Of a stretch of DNA of 64,000 nt, positions 39,084 to 50,000 are shown one piece after another. Under the pieces are notes generated by a model. That model saw only the letters and a program-made list of their open reading frames with translations. It made no database searches and had not been told where the DNA came from. Numbering within the stretch: position 1 is the first letter of the stretch; every line of letters starts with the position of its first letter. Origin of the DNA: a virus. Location of the stretch: IMG/VR virus record IMGVR_UViG_3300033153_008530, positions 23,012 to 87,011 of that record, one strand, 5' to 3'. The position numbers and the translations under genes are program-made.

Positions 39084-42000
39084 TTAAAATTGTGACTGAC
39101 TATCTAATATTTCATTAACTCTCTTTTCCACGTCAAGTGGTTGCCATGGTTTATACACTGCTTGATCTAAACTATTACCCATACCACCGTCTTGTGTAAA
39201 CCATGCAGGCACCTGAGCTTTACCATTTTTAATTTCTCGTGCAAGAATACTCATCTGTCTATTATAGGCATCCTGCATAGCGAACTTATTAACATAGAAA
39301 TCTCTAGTTTTATCTGCATCAACAAAATTAATGGGACCTAAAAACTGTGTTTCTTCTTTTAATATTTTATGTACTAATTGGTTGTTACCCTCTGCATCAA
39401 CTTGAACTTCATAACCTTTTAATTGATATGTTGAAAATAGTCCACCTTCTTTTGCAAATATCTTTACTCTTCCTGCAGTTTTATCATAAGTATCAATTAC
39501 ATATCCTTCATCACCATTTTCTCTTATAAGTAAATCTGTTTTAGTAAATGCAGAACTTGTTTTCATAACATGATCTGTTTTATCTGCTTTTTGATATATT
39601 GTAAAACCTTCTCCACTAGCTAGAAGATTTAAAAACTCAGCATCATTTGAATCTTTAATTTTACCTTTAAACCAATCTTTATGTTTTGCTTGCCATTCCA
39701 AATTTGGTTGAATATGAGCAACAGTCCAGTCTGCGTCATTCCCAGCTATATTTTGATATGAAAAGTTTGCCCATGCTCTATTTGTCTGTTTAAGTAATTC
39801 TTTAGTAGGATTAAATCTCTGTGCATCTCTATCTCCAAAAAATTGCATTGCTATAGTCTGAGCTAAATCTGAATGTTGAGGAATTTTTCCTACAGCTGGT
39901 CCACCAACTGATACATGATAATTTGATTGATCTCCTTGTAGTTGAAGAAAATTTCTTTGTATATCATCTAGATTTACATTAGCAATTGACGTTTTATCAG
40001 CAGGATCTGAATACATATTTGCTGCCATTGTAGTTTCTGCAGTTGCTCCTTTACCCCAGCCTCCATAACCTGTAGCATTTTTCTGATATGAATCTCCATA
40101 TGCGTTTACTAAGTCATCATATAAGTCATTTATATTATTTGTACGAGTAGCAGGATAACGATTTTTAAATTGAACTGATCCAAAATAGTCACTACCAAAT
40201 GTTAGTCCTTTTAAAACAAGATTCCTAAAACTTTTTAAAGTTTGATAACCATCTCTAAGAGATAAGGTTGGTTTAGAATTATAATTATATGCTACTACTT
40301 TGGATAAAGATTGTTCTTTACCATTAATAATGACTTTTTTATTTGGATCAATTCTATCTAAATAAACATTATTATCACCATTTAAGTGTTCTTGATAAGT
40401 AGGCATTGCACTCTCCACTAACTCCCTAAACTCTTCTCTTGTTGGAAATTTAAAATAGTCACCATCTAAATAATTACCCGCCCAGTCCTGACGTCTTGCA
40501 AACATATCAAGGAGCATTGGTGCCCAGTCCATGCCTTCACCTAGAGATATAGGTAAAGCATCCAAGGCAGCTCTATTATTTTTATTAGATAATTTACCAA
40601 TTGCTGTTAAGGTCTCTTGCTTTGTTTTATTATCTTCAATTGCTGTTGCATTCTTAAGGAAAAAATTTGGTATTGATGCGTTTTTATCATTAGCATACCA
40701 GCTTGTTGCAATATCATAACCTTTCCATTTTCCTCCTCTTAATGATATTATTTCATGATACAAAGATTGTTGTTGTGCAGCATCTAAAGTTCCAAGATAT
40801 TTGTCTATTATTCCAGCATACTCTCCTCCTTTAGCTTTTTGAACTTTGTAAAGAACCTCCATAATTTTACTACTACTCTTTTTGTTATTCCATTGCCTAT
40901 TTTCTATATTATCTAGAAAACTTGCTGCAAATGAGCCTGATATGTTTCCTTCTTCCTGATGATGCATTTTAGCATCAATAAACAATTCATTTAAGTAAGC
41001 TCTTGTTATATCATCTGTACCCTTTCCATAGTCATCTACAACGTTTTCTAAATATTTTATATTTTTAGATTTAGTAGATTCCCCTTCATCACCACTTGTT
41101 GTACCTGTTCCTTGGCTATATATAGCTATATTTGCTGCTTGACTACCGTCTTGTAATGCTTGAAGATGTGTATCTTCAATTGCTGCTTTAATATATTCTC
41201 GTTCCTTCCAGTATTTATGATCTAACTTTGCTTTATAATCTATCAACCATTTTTCATCATAATCTAATTCATATTTAGAATCTTTCATTGCATAGGCTTC
41301 AGCAGCAGTGTATGTGTCTTGTTGTCTTAAAAGAGCTGCACTTAACACATCAATTCTACCTCTATAAGCCTCAATATTCATCTTTTGACCATTATTCAAC
41401 ACAATGTCAAGTTTCCTCACAGATGCCTTTGTTTGATTTAAACGATCTTTCTGTTTACTTAATGAATTAATATATTTGTCTAATGAAGGATCTCCTCCAT
41501 GTTTCTCAACATCTTCAGTAAATGTATTTTGTAAATAATCAATAGTTGCTTCCTCAGATTTAATATCACTCTTCATATTGTCCTGAGACTTAATCATAGA
41601 ATTTAAAACATTAGATATGTATTGATCTTCTGCCTGCTGTTCTGTTTCATATTCCTCTTTATGCTGCTGAATCCAGGAATATTTTGATAATTCTGCTTTA
41701 ACATTATAGTATTGCTGTGCAGCAGGATCCTCTGCATAGTAACCATCATAATAGTTATATAGACTAGGAATTAATTGTGCTCCTTTTGTTGCAGTAACTT
41801 TAAACTGTCCATTTGCCACAGGTGGACCTCCAGCATAATCTGCAAAATATTCTGTTACTGGTGCACCAAAAACTTCTTCTGCATCTTCACTTAGTTTTTT
41901 CTTTATATCAAATCTACGTACATAACCAGGAGAAGACATATTTAATGCACCTTCATTAGAAGCATCAATAAATTTTTGTTTCCATAAGCTCAAATAGTCC

Positions 42001-42428
42001 AGACCTCCTTGCCAAAATGTTCCAGCACCTTTTTCTTCATCTAACTCATTTCTTAGATTTTCCCCTTCTTGTATATGTCCTTGCCAAAGTTTAGTTTGAT
42101 GTGTATCATGAATAATATCCTGATCACTATAATATGGTTTAAATAACTTATATGCTGCATCAATGTTAGTAGGATTAGATAAATCTACTCCAGATAATCT
42201 TTTAATTTCAAATTGAGCCCTTTTAAAGAAGTCATCTCTTTTTTCAATATTTTGAGATCTCATCATTGGTGCATTTAACAAACTGTTATATAGCGTGTTA
42301 ACCTTACTCCATCCCTTATCATACTGATGTTGCTTACGTGCCAATACATTCTGATAAAAATTAAAATCAGGTCTGAAAGGCTGTATTTGAGGTATATAAT
42401 CTGTAACTCCTTTTATATATGTTGCCAT
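39084..42428 (-). CDS. Probable virion ejection/structural protein (1114 aa)
   Basis: Long ORF with no Cys seen and a coiled-coil-rich N-terminal part, located in the virion block. Confidence 0.6.
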   Translation of the reverse strand: MATYIKGVTDYIPQIQPFRPDFNFYQNVLARKQHQYDKGWSKVNTLYNSLLNAPMMRSQNIEKRDDFFKRAQFEIKRLSGVDLSNPTNIDAAYKLFKPYYSDQDIIHDTHQTKLWQGHIQEGENLRNELDEEKGAGTFWQGGLDYLSLWKQKFIDASNEGALNMSSPGYVRRFDIKKKLSEDAEEVFGAPVTEYFADYAGGPPVANGQFKVTATKGAQLIPSLYNYYDGYYAEDPAAQQYYNVKAELSKYSWIQQHKEEYETEQQAEDQYISNVLNSMIKSQDNMKSDIKSEEATIDYLQNTFTEDVEKHGGDPSLDKYINSLSKQKDRLNQTKASVRKLDIVLNNGQKMNIEAYRGRIDVLSAALLRQQDTYTAAEAYAMKDSKYELDYDEKWLIDYKAKLDHKYWKEREYIKAAIEDTHLQALQDGSQAANIAIYSQGTGTTSGDEGESTKSKNIKYLENVVDDYGKGTDDITRAYLNELFIDAKMHHQEEGNISGSFAASFLDNIENRQWNNKKSSSKIMEVLYKVQKAKGGEYAGIIDKYLGTLDAAQQQSLYHEIISLRGGKWKGYDIATSWYANDKNASIPNFFLKNATAIEDNKTKQETLTAIGKLSNKNNRAALDALPISLGEGMDWAPMLLDMFARRQDWAGNYLDGDYFKFPTREEFRELVESAMPTYQEHLNGDNNVYLDRIDPNKKVIINGKEQSLSKVVAYNYNSKPTLSLRDGYQTLKSFRNLVLKGLTFGSDYFGSVQFKNRYPATRTNNINDLYDDLVNAYGDSYQKNATGYGGWGKGATAETTMAANMYSDPADKTSIANVNLDDIQRNFLQLQGDQSNYHVSVGGPAVGKIPQHSDLAQTIAMQFFGDRDAQRFNPTKELLKQTNRAWANFSYQNIAGNDADWTVAHIQPNLEWQAKHKDWFKGKIKDSNDAEFLNLLASGEGFTIYQKADKTDHVMKTSSAFTKTDLLIRENGDEGYVIDTYDKTAGRVKIFAKEGGLFSTYQLKGYEVQVDAEGNNQLVHKILKEETQFLGPINFVDADKTRDFYVNKFAMQDAYNRQMSILAREIKNGKAQVPAWFTQDGGMGNSLDQAVYKPWQPLDVEKRVNEILDSQSQF

Positions 42429-42463
42429 AGTCTGCTAATTTACGTAAAATCTTTTTTGTTTAA

Positions 42464-42480
42464 TAAACTTTAAAAGTTTA
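42464..42480. promoter_or_regulatory. 17-bp palindromic box TAAACTTT-A-AAAGTTTA, copy 1
   Basis: Intergenic, 35 nt upstream of the ATG at 42428; identical copy at 50591-50607. Confidence 0.6.
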
Positions 42481-45400
42481 TTACCACCATCCTGAGTTTC
42501 TTCTATCATTCAAATAATTTCTTCTAGAGTTATTTCCATATCCACTATTGTTTCTACTTTTACTATAATAGTTTTTCATATATGCTTCAATTTCCTCATC
42601 TGTTTTATTTAACCCTTCTAATCTAGATTTTTCTGCCCAATAGTCATTAGAAGAATTGCCTGATTCTGCACCAAAGTCTCTTGCCTTGGTTGGATCAAAT
42701 GTTGTGAAACCTCCACTTGGTGTATGAATATTATATTGAGGATATAATTCATTAAGAGTTTGTGCTTGTGCTCTGTTTGTTATTCCAGAAACAAGTTGTG
42801 CTCTCATATTATCCCGCTTCATAGATCTTGCATTATCATATTGTTGATTAGCAACAGTTGTTTCATCATAGAACTGTTTTCTTCCCGCTTGATCAGCTAA
42901 GGAGGCTCTATTTAGTATGTCTGCTCTTGTGTTTTCAAACTGATTAGCAATTCCAACATTTCTTCCTTCATAATCAGAAAGAACATTAGCTGCTCCTGCT
43001 AACCCTTGACCTTGAATATTACTTACTCTAGATCCCATACCTTGTGGTCCAAACTGTGCGGATGCTCTAGCTGCAATACCTGATTGTTCAGCATTGGCTG
43101 CAAGCGCCCTACTTGGATCATAAAACGTTGGATCTGGTGTGAATACATCAGCTGGTTGATAATGAGGCATGTATTTCTTAATTGGTTGTGCAAAAGCTGC
43201 GCCTGCATTTATAACGTCTTGTGCCCACCAATCTGCGTCAGCTCTATCATAATTATATGAAGGATCATTAGGAGTGTCCTCATCTTCAGGATCAAATGTA
43301 ATATCTTCTGATTGCCAATTATCTCCTAATGCTCCTGATAATTGTTGTAATGTTGTATCACCTAAAAAGGCATCTGCTGAACTTAATCCTGCTGCATATG
43401 TTGCCTGATCCCAATCTTTACCAGATAAAGTTTCATCTTGTAATCCCTGTTGATACCATCTCATAGTAGGAAACTTATCTTTTAACATATCAGGATTCAT
43501 TTGGTTAAGAGCATTATATGAAACCTGAAAATCATATGATTGATTTGCGTCAGGTTCAGGTAAGCCCATATCTTCATAAACTTTTGTTATTTCCGCATTT
43601 GAATATTTACCAGTACTACTATCCTTTTTCCAAGCTTTATCCATGGGTCCTTTAGTTCCAGGTGCTATATAATTTGGATCTCCTACATCTCCTTCTCCCC
43701 AATAATATTGATTAAATGTTTTACCACCTTTATAGTCACGTTTATCCATACTCCTTCTAGTCTCAAGAATAATATTTGCTCTTTGTTGATTTACTAACTT
43801 TTCAATTTGTTGATCTGCATCTAACTCATATGTAGCACCTCTTTTATTTGGATTGTCATCCGCATATTTCTGTGCATTTTGAAAAAATTCTTGTTTAAAA
43901 TTGTCATCATTGAATGCCTTTTCATAATTTTGTTTAATATATGCAACTCTTCTTGCAACATCTTTAAGTTCATCATCAGAGTAAGTAGTTCCATCATCTT
44001 TTCTCATATCCAACTTTGTCAATGCAGTTAATGTTTCATTATCATAATTATCCCCCATTGTATGATAAACATCCTGCTCTGTTTGATAACCTGATATCTT
44101 TTTATAACCACCACTTGGTGTTTTATAGTAGAAGTTTCCTGAACCATTTGCAGCTCTATGTGCTGCTTGTGCTGCCGCTTCATTGTCAAACATTTCATTA
44201 TCTGGTATATCTGATAGTTTAACTGAACCACCGCTTTGGAATCTTGGTGTTCCACCACGTCTCTGAATTTCTATTTCTTCTTGTACTTGACCTTCTTCAA
44301 CAGGAATATCAAATCTCTGATTATAAAAATTAGGATTATTCTGTTGTTGATTCTGCATATATCTTAAATAAGCATCTCGTTTATCTTGAAGTTTTTGCTG
44401 ACGTCTAGATAATCCACCTTCATCTTGATCATCTCCTCTAAATATGTCTTTAAAGTTAGATACTTTATCATGTAAGAATTGATTAGGATAATATTTTCTT
44501 GGTCTCCTTTCATCAAAGTCTTCTTTAAATTCATCAATTTCTTGATTAGTTTTTATTCCTGTATCACCAACAAAATTATATGTCCAATCTTCATTAGGAG
44601 TCTCTGGATCATTGTCTACATCAAAGGGTCTCACAATATCTTCTTCAAAAGCATCAAGATTTTCCATATCATTTGCTCTAAAGTATTTTCTCATGTCTCT
44701 TTTTCTAAGATCTCCAGAATGTTTTAATTCAGGAGAAATAGGAATTCTTATACTTTGTTCTTGTGTAAGAAGAGTATCTTTAACAGTTTGATCTAACTCT
44801 TCCCAGTTTCCATCTGGATTTTCACTTAAGTAACGCTCACGTGCAGAGTTACTTAAAGAATCATGAAATCTTCCTTTTTGTTCAAGAGGATATCCCCTAT
44901 CAGTTTCATATCTTTTAAGATATGAATCTCCTTTATAATCATATTGAGTTCCTCCACTTAGATTATCAAAATACTTTTCAGTTGAATAATTACCTACTTC
45001 ACTTGTATAGTCTTTAAATGATTTTCTTATTGTGTTAATTTGATCTTTTGATAAATTATAAGTATTTAACTCAGGATATTCAGATATCTTGAATGCTTCT
45101 TTATCATCCATAGTTAATAGCTTATCTAAAAACTCATCATCTATGTCTACATCTTCTCCTAATATTTGATTTATACCTTGTTTCTTAAACTCATTTAAGT
45201 GAAATAATTCATAATCACCTTTTGATTTGTCATAGTCTTCTACAAATTCATCAGAATAATCTCTCATTCTCTGTCTTTTAAATGCATCCTGACGTCTTTC
45301 TTCTCTTCCAGCAAGCCTTTTCATAATTCTTTGTTTCCTTTTCTCATCATCCCAGACACCACCTCTTTGAAAGTGTCCACCAAACATTGCTTCTTGTTGT

Positions 45401-47034
45401 TCTTGATCCGCAAAAGGGTTCTCAGTAAACGGCATCTGTACAAATTGTGATGCTTGCTGTGCTGATATTGGATGAGGGGTACCTTCTTGTTGTTCACTTT
45501 GAAAAACACCAGCTCCCATATCTGAATAACTAAACTTATCCATTAGTCCTTGTATAACTTCTGGAGGTAAACTATTCATGAATTGATCAGGATTTGCCAT
45601 AATATCCATGTAAAAATTATTCAACATATCTTGTTGTAATTCTTCAGGTGATGGTTGTCTTTGTTGAGGTTGTTGTTGTTGTTCAGGAACTTGTGATTCA
45701 TTACCACCTGGATAACCCCCCTGCATATCACCTCCCATTTGAGCTACATTTAATCCAGGAAATCTTTTTGCCATTCTTTTATTTCCACCGTGAGCTGCAA
45801 ACATAGGAGGATCATAATTTCTTTCAGCTCTATTTTGATCAGTCATCTCTCTTCTTACACCTCTATTATGTCTTCTATTATCTCTTCTATTTGGTGCTCC
45901 TGCTCTCCAATCTTGAAACTTATCTCTAATTCCAAAATTTGGCATTTCTCTACTTGTATCATATTGAGAAGTATTAGATTGAACATTACCTTGTCTTGGA
46001 TTATTAGCTTGCCATGTATCAATAAAGTCTTGACTCATTCTATCTCTTGAATTACCTTGTGAATCTACACGTCCTGGATATGGAGTAAAACCTCCTTCAG
46101 GAGCACTAGTTGGGCGACTAAAATGTTGACCTTGTCCCATCCATTCATTACCTGTTGTTTCCATTCCTGGAATACTTGGAAATCCACCAAGCTGTGCTTG
46201 TCTTAAAGAAGGATATTTAGCATATACTTTAGATTTTATAGCTGAGGGATTACCTGAATGATGAGCTAGCTTTAATGCTGATCTTGCTCTATCAATTGAA
46301 TTAATAGGATATGTTCCATGAGGTCCTGCAAAATCTTTAACATTAGGATATTTACCTGCATTAGACATCCCTGGTCTTTTTCTTAATTTAGATAAGGAAC
46401 CTCCTTTTTGTGCCATTGGTGCTTCCTCTTGTGGTGGCCCCTCTTGTCCTTCTTCTTGCGGAACTATTTGATTTGGGTCAATTCCTGCAGCTTGTAAATA
46501 AGGCATAGCAATAGCAGGTATCCCGTCAGGAAATCCTTTCATTGATTCCTGAACAATAGCAAGTTTTCCAAGTTTCAAATTAAAGTTACTTATCATCTTC
46601 TCTGCAGTATCCCGCTGAAACAAATCACTTATAGGATCTCTTAGTATCTTCTTATACTTGTTTAAGTCATATTTCTTTGCAATTTCAGCTGGTGTATAAC
46701 TTTTAGATCTTCCTTTCTTAGGAACAGGCATGTCAAACTCTTTAAGAATCTCTTTATCCTTAATTAATAATGATCTTGTATCAGAAAATACAAAGGAGTT
46801 TTCAGGAACAAGTAATGGAGTTCCACCATGAGAATGTCTTTTACCACCTACTCTGTAGTTTTCAGGTATACCATCTCCTTCAAGATCTGTTATAACCCTT
46901 TCATTCTTTTCAGCTTCAATATTTGCGTCATCTCTTGGAACAGGTTTAAGAGTGCTTGATACTTCCATACCAGCTTGTCCAAACTTTGTTTTACTTGATG
47001 CTTGCGGAAGTTTGTTGATTCTTACTCTACGCAT
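42481..47034 (-). CDS. Modular virion cargo protein (1517 aa) with QxGG linkers
   Basis: N-terminal NIEAEKNE..GGKRHSHGG..VFSD domain; DUF6582-like YPINSIDRARSAL module; Gln-rich tracts; AQKGG, AQLGG, AQMGG, FQRGG and FQSGG. Confidence 0.65.
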   Translation of the reverse strand: MRRVRINKLPQASSKTKFGQAGMEVSSTLKPVPRDDANIEAEKNERVITDLEGDGIPENYRVGGKRHSHGGTPLLVPENSFVFSDTRSLLIKDKEILKEFDMPVPKKGRSKSYTPAEIAKKYDLNKYKKILRDPISDLFQRDTAEKMISNFNLKLGKLAIVQESMKGFPDGIPAIAMPYLQAAGIDPNQIVPQEEGQEGPPQEEAPMAQKGGSLSKLRKRPGMSNAGKYPNVKDFAGPHGTYPINSIDRARSALKLAHHSGNPSAIKSKVYAKYPSLRQAQLGGFPSIPGMETTGNEWMGQGQHFSRPTSAPEGGFTPYPGRVDSQGNSRDRMSQDFIDTWQANNPRQGNVQSNTSQYDTSREMPNFGIRDKFQDWRAGAPNRRDNRRHNRGVRREMTDQNRAERNYDPPMFAAHGGNKRMAKRFPGLNVAQMGGDMQGGYPGGNESQVPEQQQQPQQRQPSPEELQQDMLNNFYMDIMANPDQFMNSLPPEVIQGLMDKFSYSDMGAGVFQSEQQEGTPHPISAQQASQFVQMPFTENPFADQEQQEAMFGGHFQRGGVWDDEKRKQRIMKRLAGREERRQDAFKRQRMRDYSDEFVEDYDKSKGDYELFHLNEFKKQGINQILGEDVDIDDEFLDKLLTMDDKEAFKISEYPELNTYNLSKDQINTIRKSFKDYTSEVGNYSTEKYFDNLSGGTQYDYKGDSYLKRYETDRGYPLEQKGRFHDSLSNSARERYLSENPDGNWEELDQTVKDTLLTQEQSIRIPISPELKHSGDLRKRDMRKYFRANDMENLDAFEEDIVRPFDVDNDPETPNEDWTYNFVGDTGIKTNQEIDEFKEDFDERRPRKYYPNQFLHDKVSNFKDIFRGDDQDEGGLSRRQQKLQDKRDAYLRYMQNQQQNNPNFYNQRFDIPVEEGQVQEEIEIQRRGGTPRFQSGGSVKLSDIPDNEMFDNEAAAQAAHRAANGSGNFYYKTPSGGYKKISGYQTEQDVYHTMGDNYDNETLTALTKLDMRKDDGTTYSDDELKDVARRVAYIKQNYEKAFNDDNFKQEFFQNAQKYADDNPNKRGATYELDADQQIEKLVNQQRANIILETRRSMDKRDYKGGKTFNQYYWGEGDVGDPNYIAPGTKGPMDKAWKKDSSTGKYSNAEITKVYEDMGLPEPDANQSYDFQVSYNALNQMNPDMLKDKFPTMRWYQQGLQDETLSGKDWDQATYAAGLSSADAFLGDTTLQQLSGALGDNWQSEDITFDPEDEDTPNDPSYNYDRADADWWAQDVINAGAAFAQPIKKYMPHYQPADVFTPDPTFYDPSRALAANAEQSGIAARASAQFGPQGMGSRVSNIQGQGLAGAANVLSDYEGRNVGIANQFENTRADILNRASLADQAGRKQFYDETTVANQQYDNARSMKRDNMRAQLVSGITNRAQAQTLNELYPQYNIHTPSGGFTTFDPTKARDFGAESGNSSNDYWAEKSRLEGLNKTDEEIEAYMKNYYSKSRNNSGYGNNSRRNYLNDRRNSGWW

Positions 47035-47044
47035 AATTTTAATT

Positions 47045-50000
47045 TTAATCTAAATAATCTACTAACCCACCTCCATCTAAGAAGTTTTGTAATTCATTTT
47101 CATCCATATATACTTCATCACCTACATTCCCACCAAAACGGGCCACTTTTCCATAGTTACCAAATGATCCCATTCCTGTATCTGTAGGTCTAAAGTTTGA
47201 TCCTTGTGCGTTCCACAAATAGTCTCCTTCTAATCCAGATGTATCTGCAGATGTTGCTCTATACATGCTGTCACCAACCAATGTATCTTCAAATTCATCC
47301 TGAGCTTTTCTATTTCTTTTTCCTTGTCCAATAGAACCAAGAACATTTAATCCTGCAATACCAATGTTTGCTCTTTCATCTCCTGATAAGTTTGACCAAG
47401 CAGATCCATGTTCTGCTTTTTGTCCTTTTCTCCAAGCTCTCTTATCTGTTCTATACATTTGTTTTTCTTGTCTTTCTCTTCCTCTATCTCTTTTATAGTC
47501 AACAGTACCAGTTCTTGTTGGTGTAAAAGTTTGTTCATTTTTCGTTTCCCAGTCACTTTGCGATAATATACCTGTACCTTGACCTGTTGGATCTACATCT
47601 TGTACATATTCATCATAAGTACCAGCTCCTGTTCCTGGAGCACCTGTCATTCCAAAGTTCCATTCTCCTTTACGTCCAAATAAACCTTTTCTTTGAAAAT
47701 ATCCTGGATCCATAGAAATATCTCCTTCTTCAATTCCCATATCATCTGCATATTGTTGCATTTGATTATATGCATCTCCTTCTTCTAGTGCTGAATAGTA
47801 TCTTGCTGGTTTTGCACCGGGATATGATACACCCCATTGAGCTTTAGGAATATGACCTCCTAATTGCTTGTGTTTTTGCTGTGTATATATGTCTACTCTC
47901 TCTTGTAATTCTCTTTCTATTCTATCTGATTCACTTTCTGTATATTCTTTTAGCATTATTTCCTCTTTCCTTCCCTCATTATATTCTCTTTTTAATTTCT
48001 CTTCATCAGTCTCACCCCACATATAGTCAGCACCCAAATAACCAAGTCCACCTAATATGCCATATGCACCAAAATCAGTTAAATTTCTTGCCCATCTCTT
48101 TTTAAGACCCAAGCCTTGACCTATACTGAATTTTGATGCAACATTAGTTATAGCCTCTCTTACTTTTGGATCTGTTATTTTACCTATCTTCTCCCATGTT
48201 ATATTTTTTACTGTATAACCACCAGATAAGTCAGCTTTAATATTATCTAATATTACTCTATCATAGTCTGAGATAGTAATACCCATACCTTCAAGTTGTG
48301 CTACAGTATGTTCAAAACCTGCTAGACCTGCTTCATTTAATCCATAAATAGTTACTCCGGGTCCTCCATAATGACCAGGCCATGTTGAACTTTTTGTTTC
48401 TGGATCATAACCTCTAGTAATATCCAGTTTAGGATTATAGTCAGCACCTAATATCTCAGCTCCTGGACCAGTAAATTCTCTGTTAAAAAGAGGCAATCTA
48501 TTAAAAGGTGCCATATCTCCTGTAAATTTATTACCATATTGTCCAAGAGGATCATAGTCTAAATCTGTTACACCAGTGGTTTTTTGTCTTGCGGCAGCGT
48601 CAATTAATATATTTTCTATACCTCCAGCTATGTCTTTATATTCTTGAGGAACATCAACACTCTTAATTGCATTATTTTTATCAATAGTTATACTACCTAA
48701 ATCAACAGATTGTGTACTCTTCAATCCCAACCATGGTGTTCCTTCAGTGTTTCCTTGTAAGGTAATACTATAACCAGAGCCTTCAATTGGTGTTATCCTA
48801 AAATTTTCTGAACCCATTTTTATTCCAAAAAGACGTGGATAACCAATCTGTTGTCTAAAAGGTGAACTTAATTCATAATTACCGTGTGGAGAAAGTTTAT
48901 CTCTAGATGGAAACCAACCACCTGGTGGTCGTTTTGGCATAAATCCTCCCTTTTGCATTTGAGGAATATTTCCACCTCTTTGTCTTTTAGATGGATGTTT
49001 TAATGTCTCATCTTTAGGATCAAAGTCAGAAAAATCATTTGTATTATGAATTCTACCATACCAACTATTCATGTAAGCAGGTGACCATTCTCCGTAATCT
49101 CCTTTTATCATTTTACCTTCATCATCCAAACCATAATCATAGTTAGTATTTTTAACACCACTATTTTTATAATACCAATCTCTACCTAGATTGTTCATCA
49201 CCCTTCTGTCATTTTCTTTTAAAGAACCTACAGTTGTTTTATATAACTTATCTATATCATCATCACTCATTGAATTTCTTTCTGCCCAGGATTGTCTTCC
49301 ATACTTATCTTTTGTTATTAATTCAGGATTATTCTTTCTATAGAACTCTTGTATAGCTTGTCTTTTAGGATTGCTTCCGCTATTAAATATAAAATCTGTA
49401 GCTTCTGCTTTTTCCATTGCAGAATTATAATCCGTTAAGTCATCTGATATATCCATAAGTTTATCCATATATTTAGGATCATTATAGTAAGATAAAGGAT
49501 TTCCCTCTTTACTTCCTTGTAATTGTTCATATTGCACTATCTTATTATGCTGATGTCTTAAACTATCAGAATGTGTTAAACCGTATTGAGCTTGAGGAAT
49601 ATGTCCACCTCTTTGTATATATGGATTATAACCCGGAGCAAATGAAGATTCATTACCTTGATTATCCATTCCCCATGTTGTACCTTCTGGTGTATCAATA
49701 CCATAACCATCAGATCCTGGTATGACATTTTTATAATATCCTTTATTACCTTCTTTGTCAACTCCTTGTTTTTTAGGATTAATAAACGGAGAAAGAGTTT
49801 TTACTCCTTTACGTATAGAAGTAGCAAGGGTGTCATTACCTAATTCTTTATTATAAGCACTTTCATAGGCACCTTGTGAAGCACTATTAGGATTATATCC
49901 AAAATCATCCTTTCTAAAATCAACATCACGTATTCCAGGAGTTGGTCCAATATATCCAGATGGAGCACCTCCTTGTTGAAATCCTTTTTTTAATTGTTTA

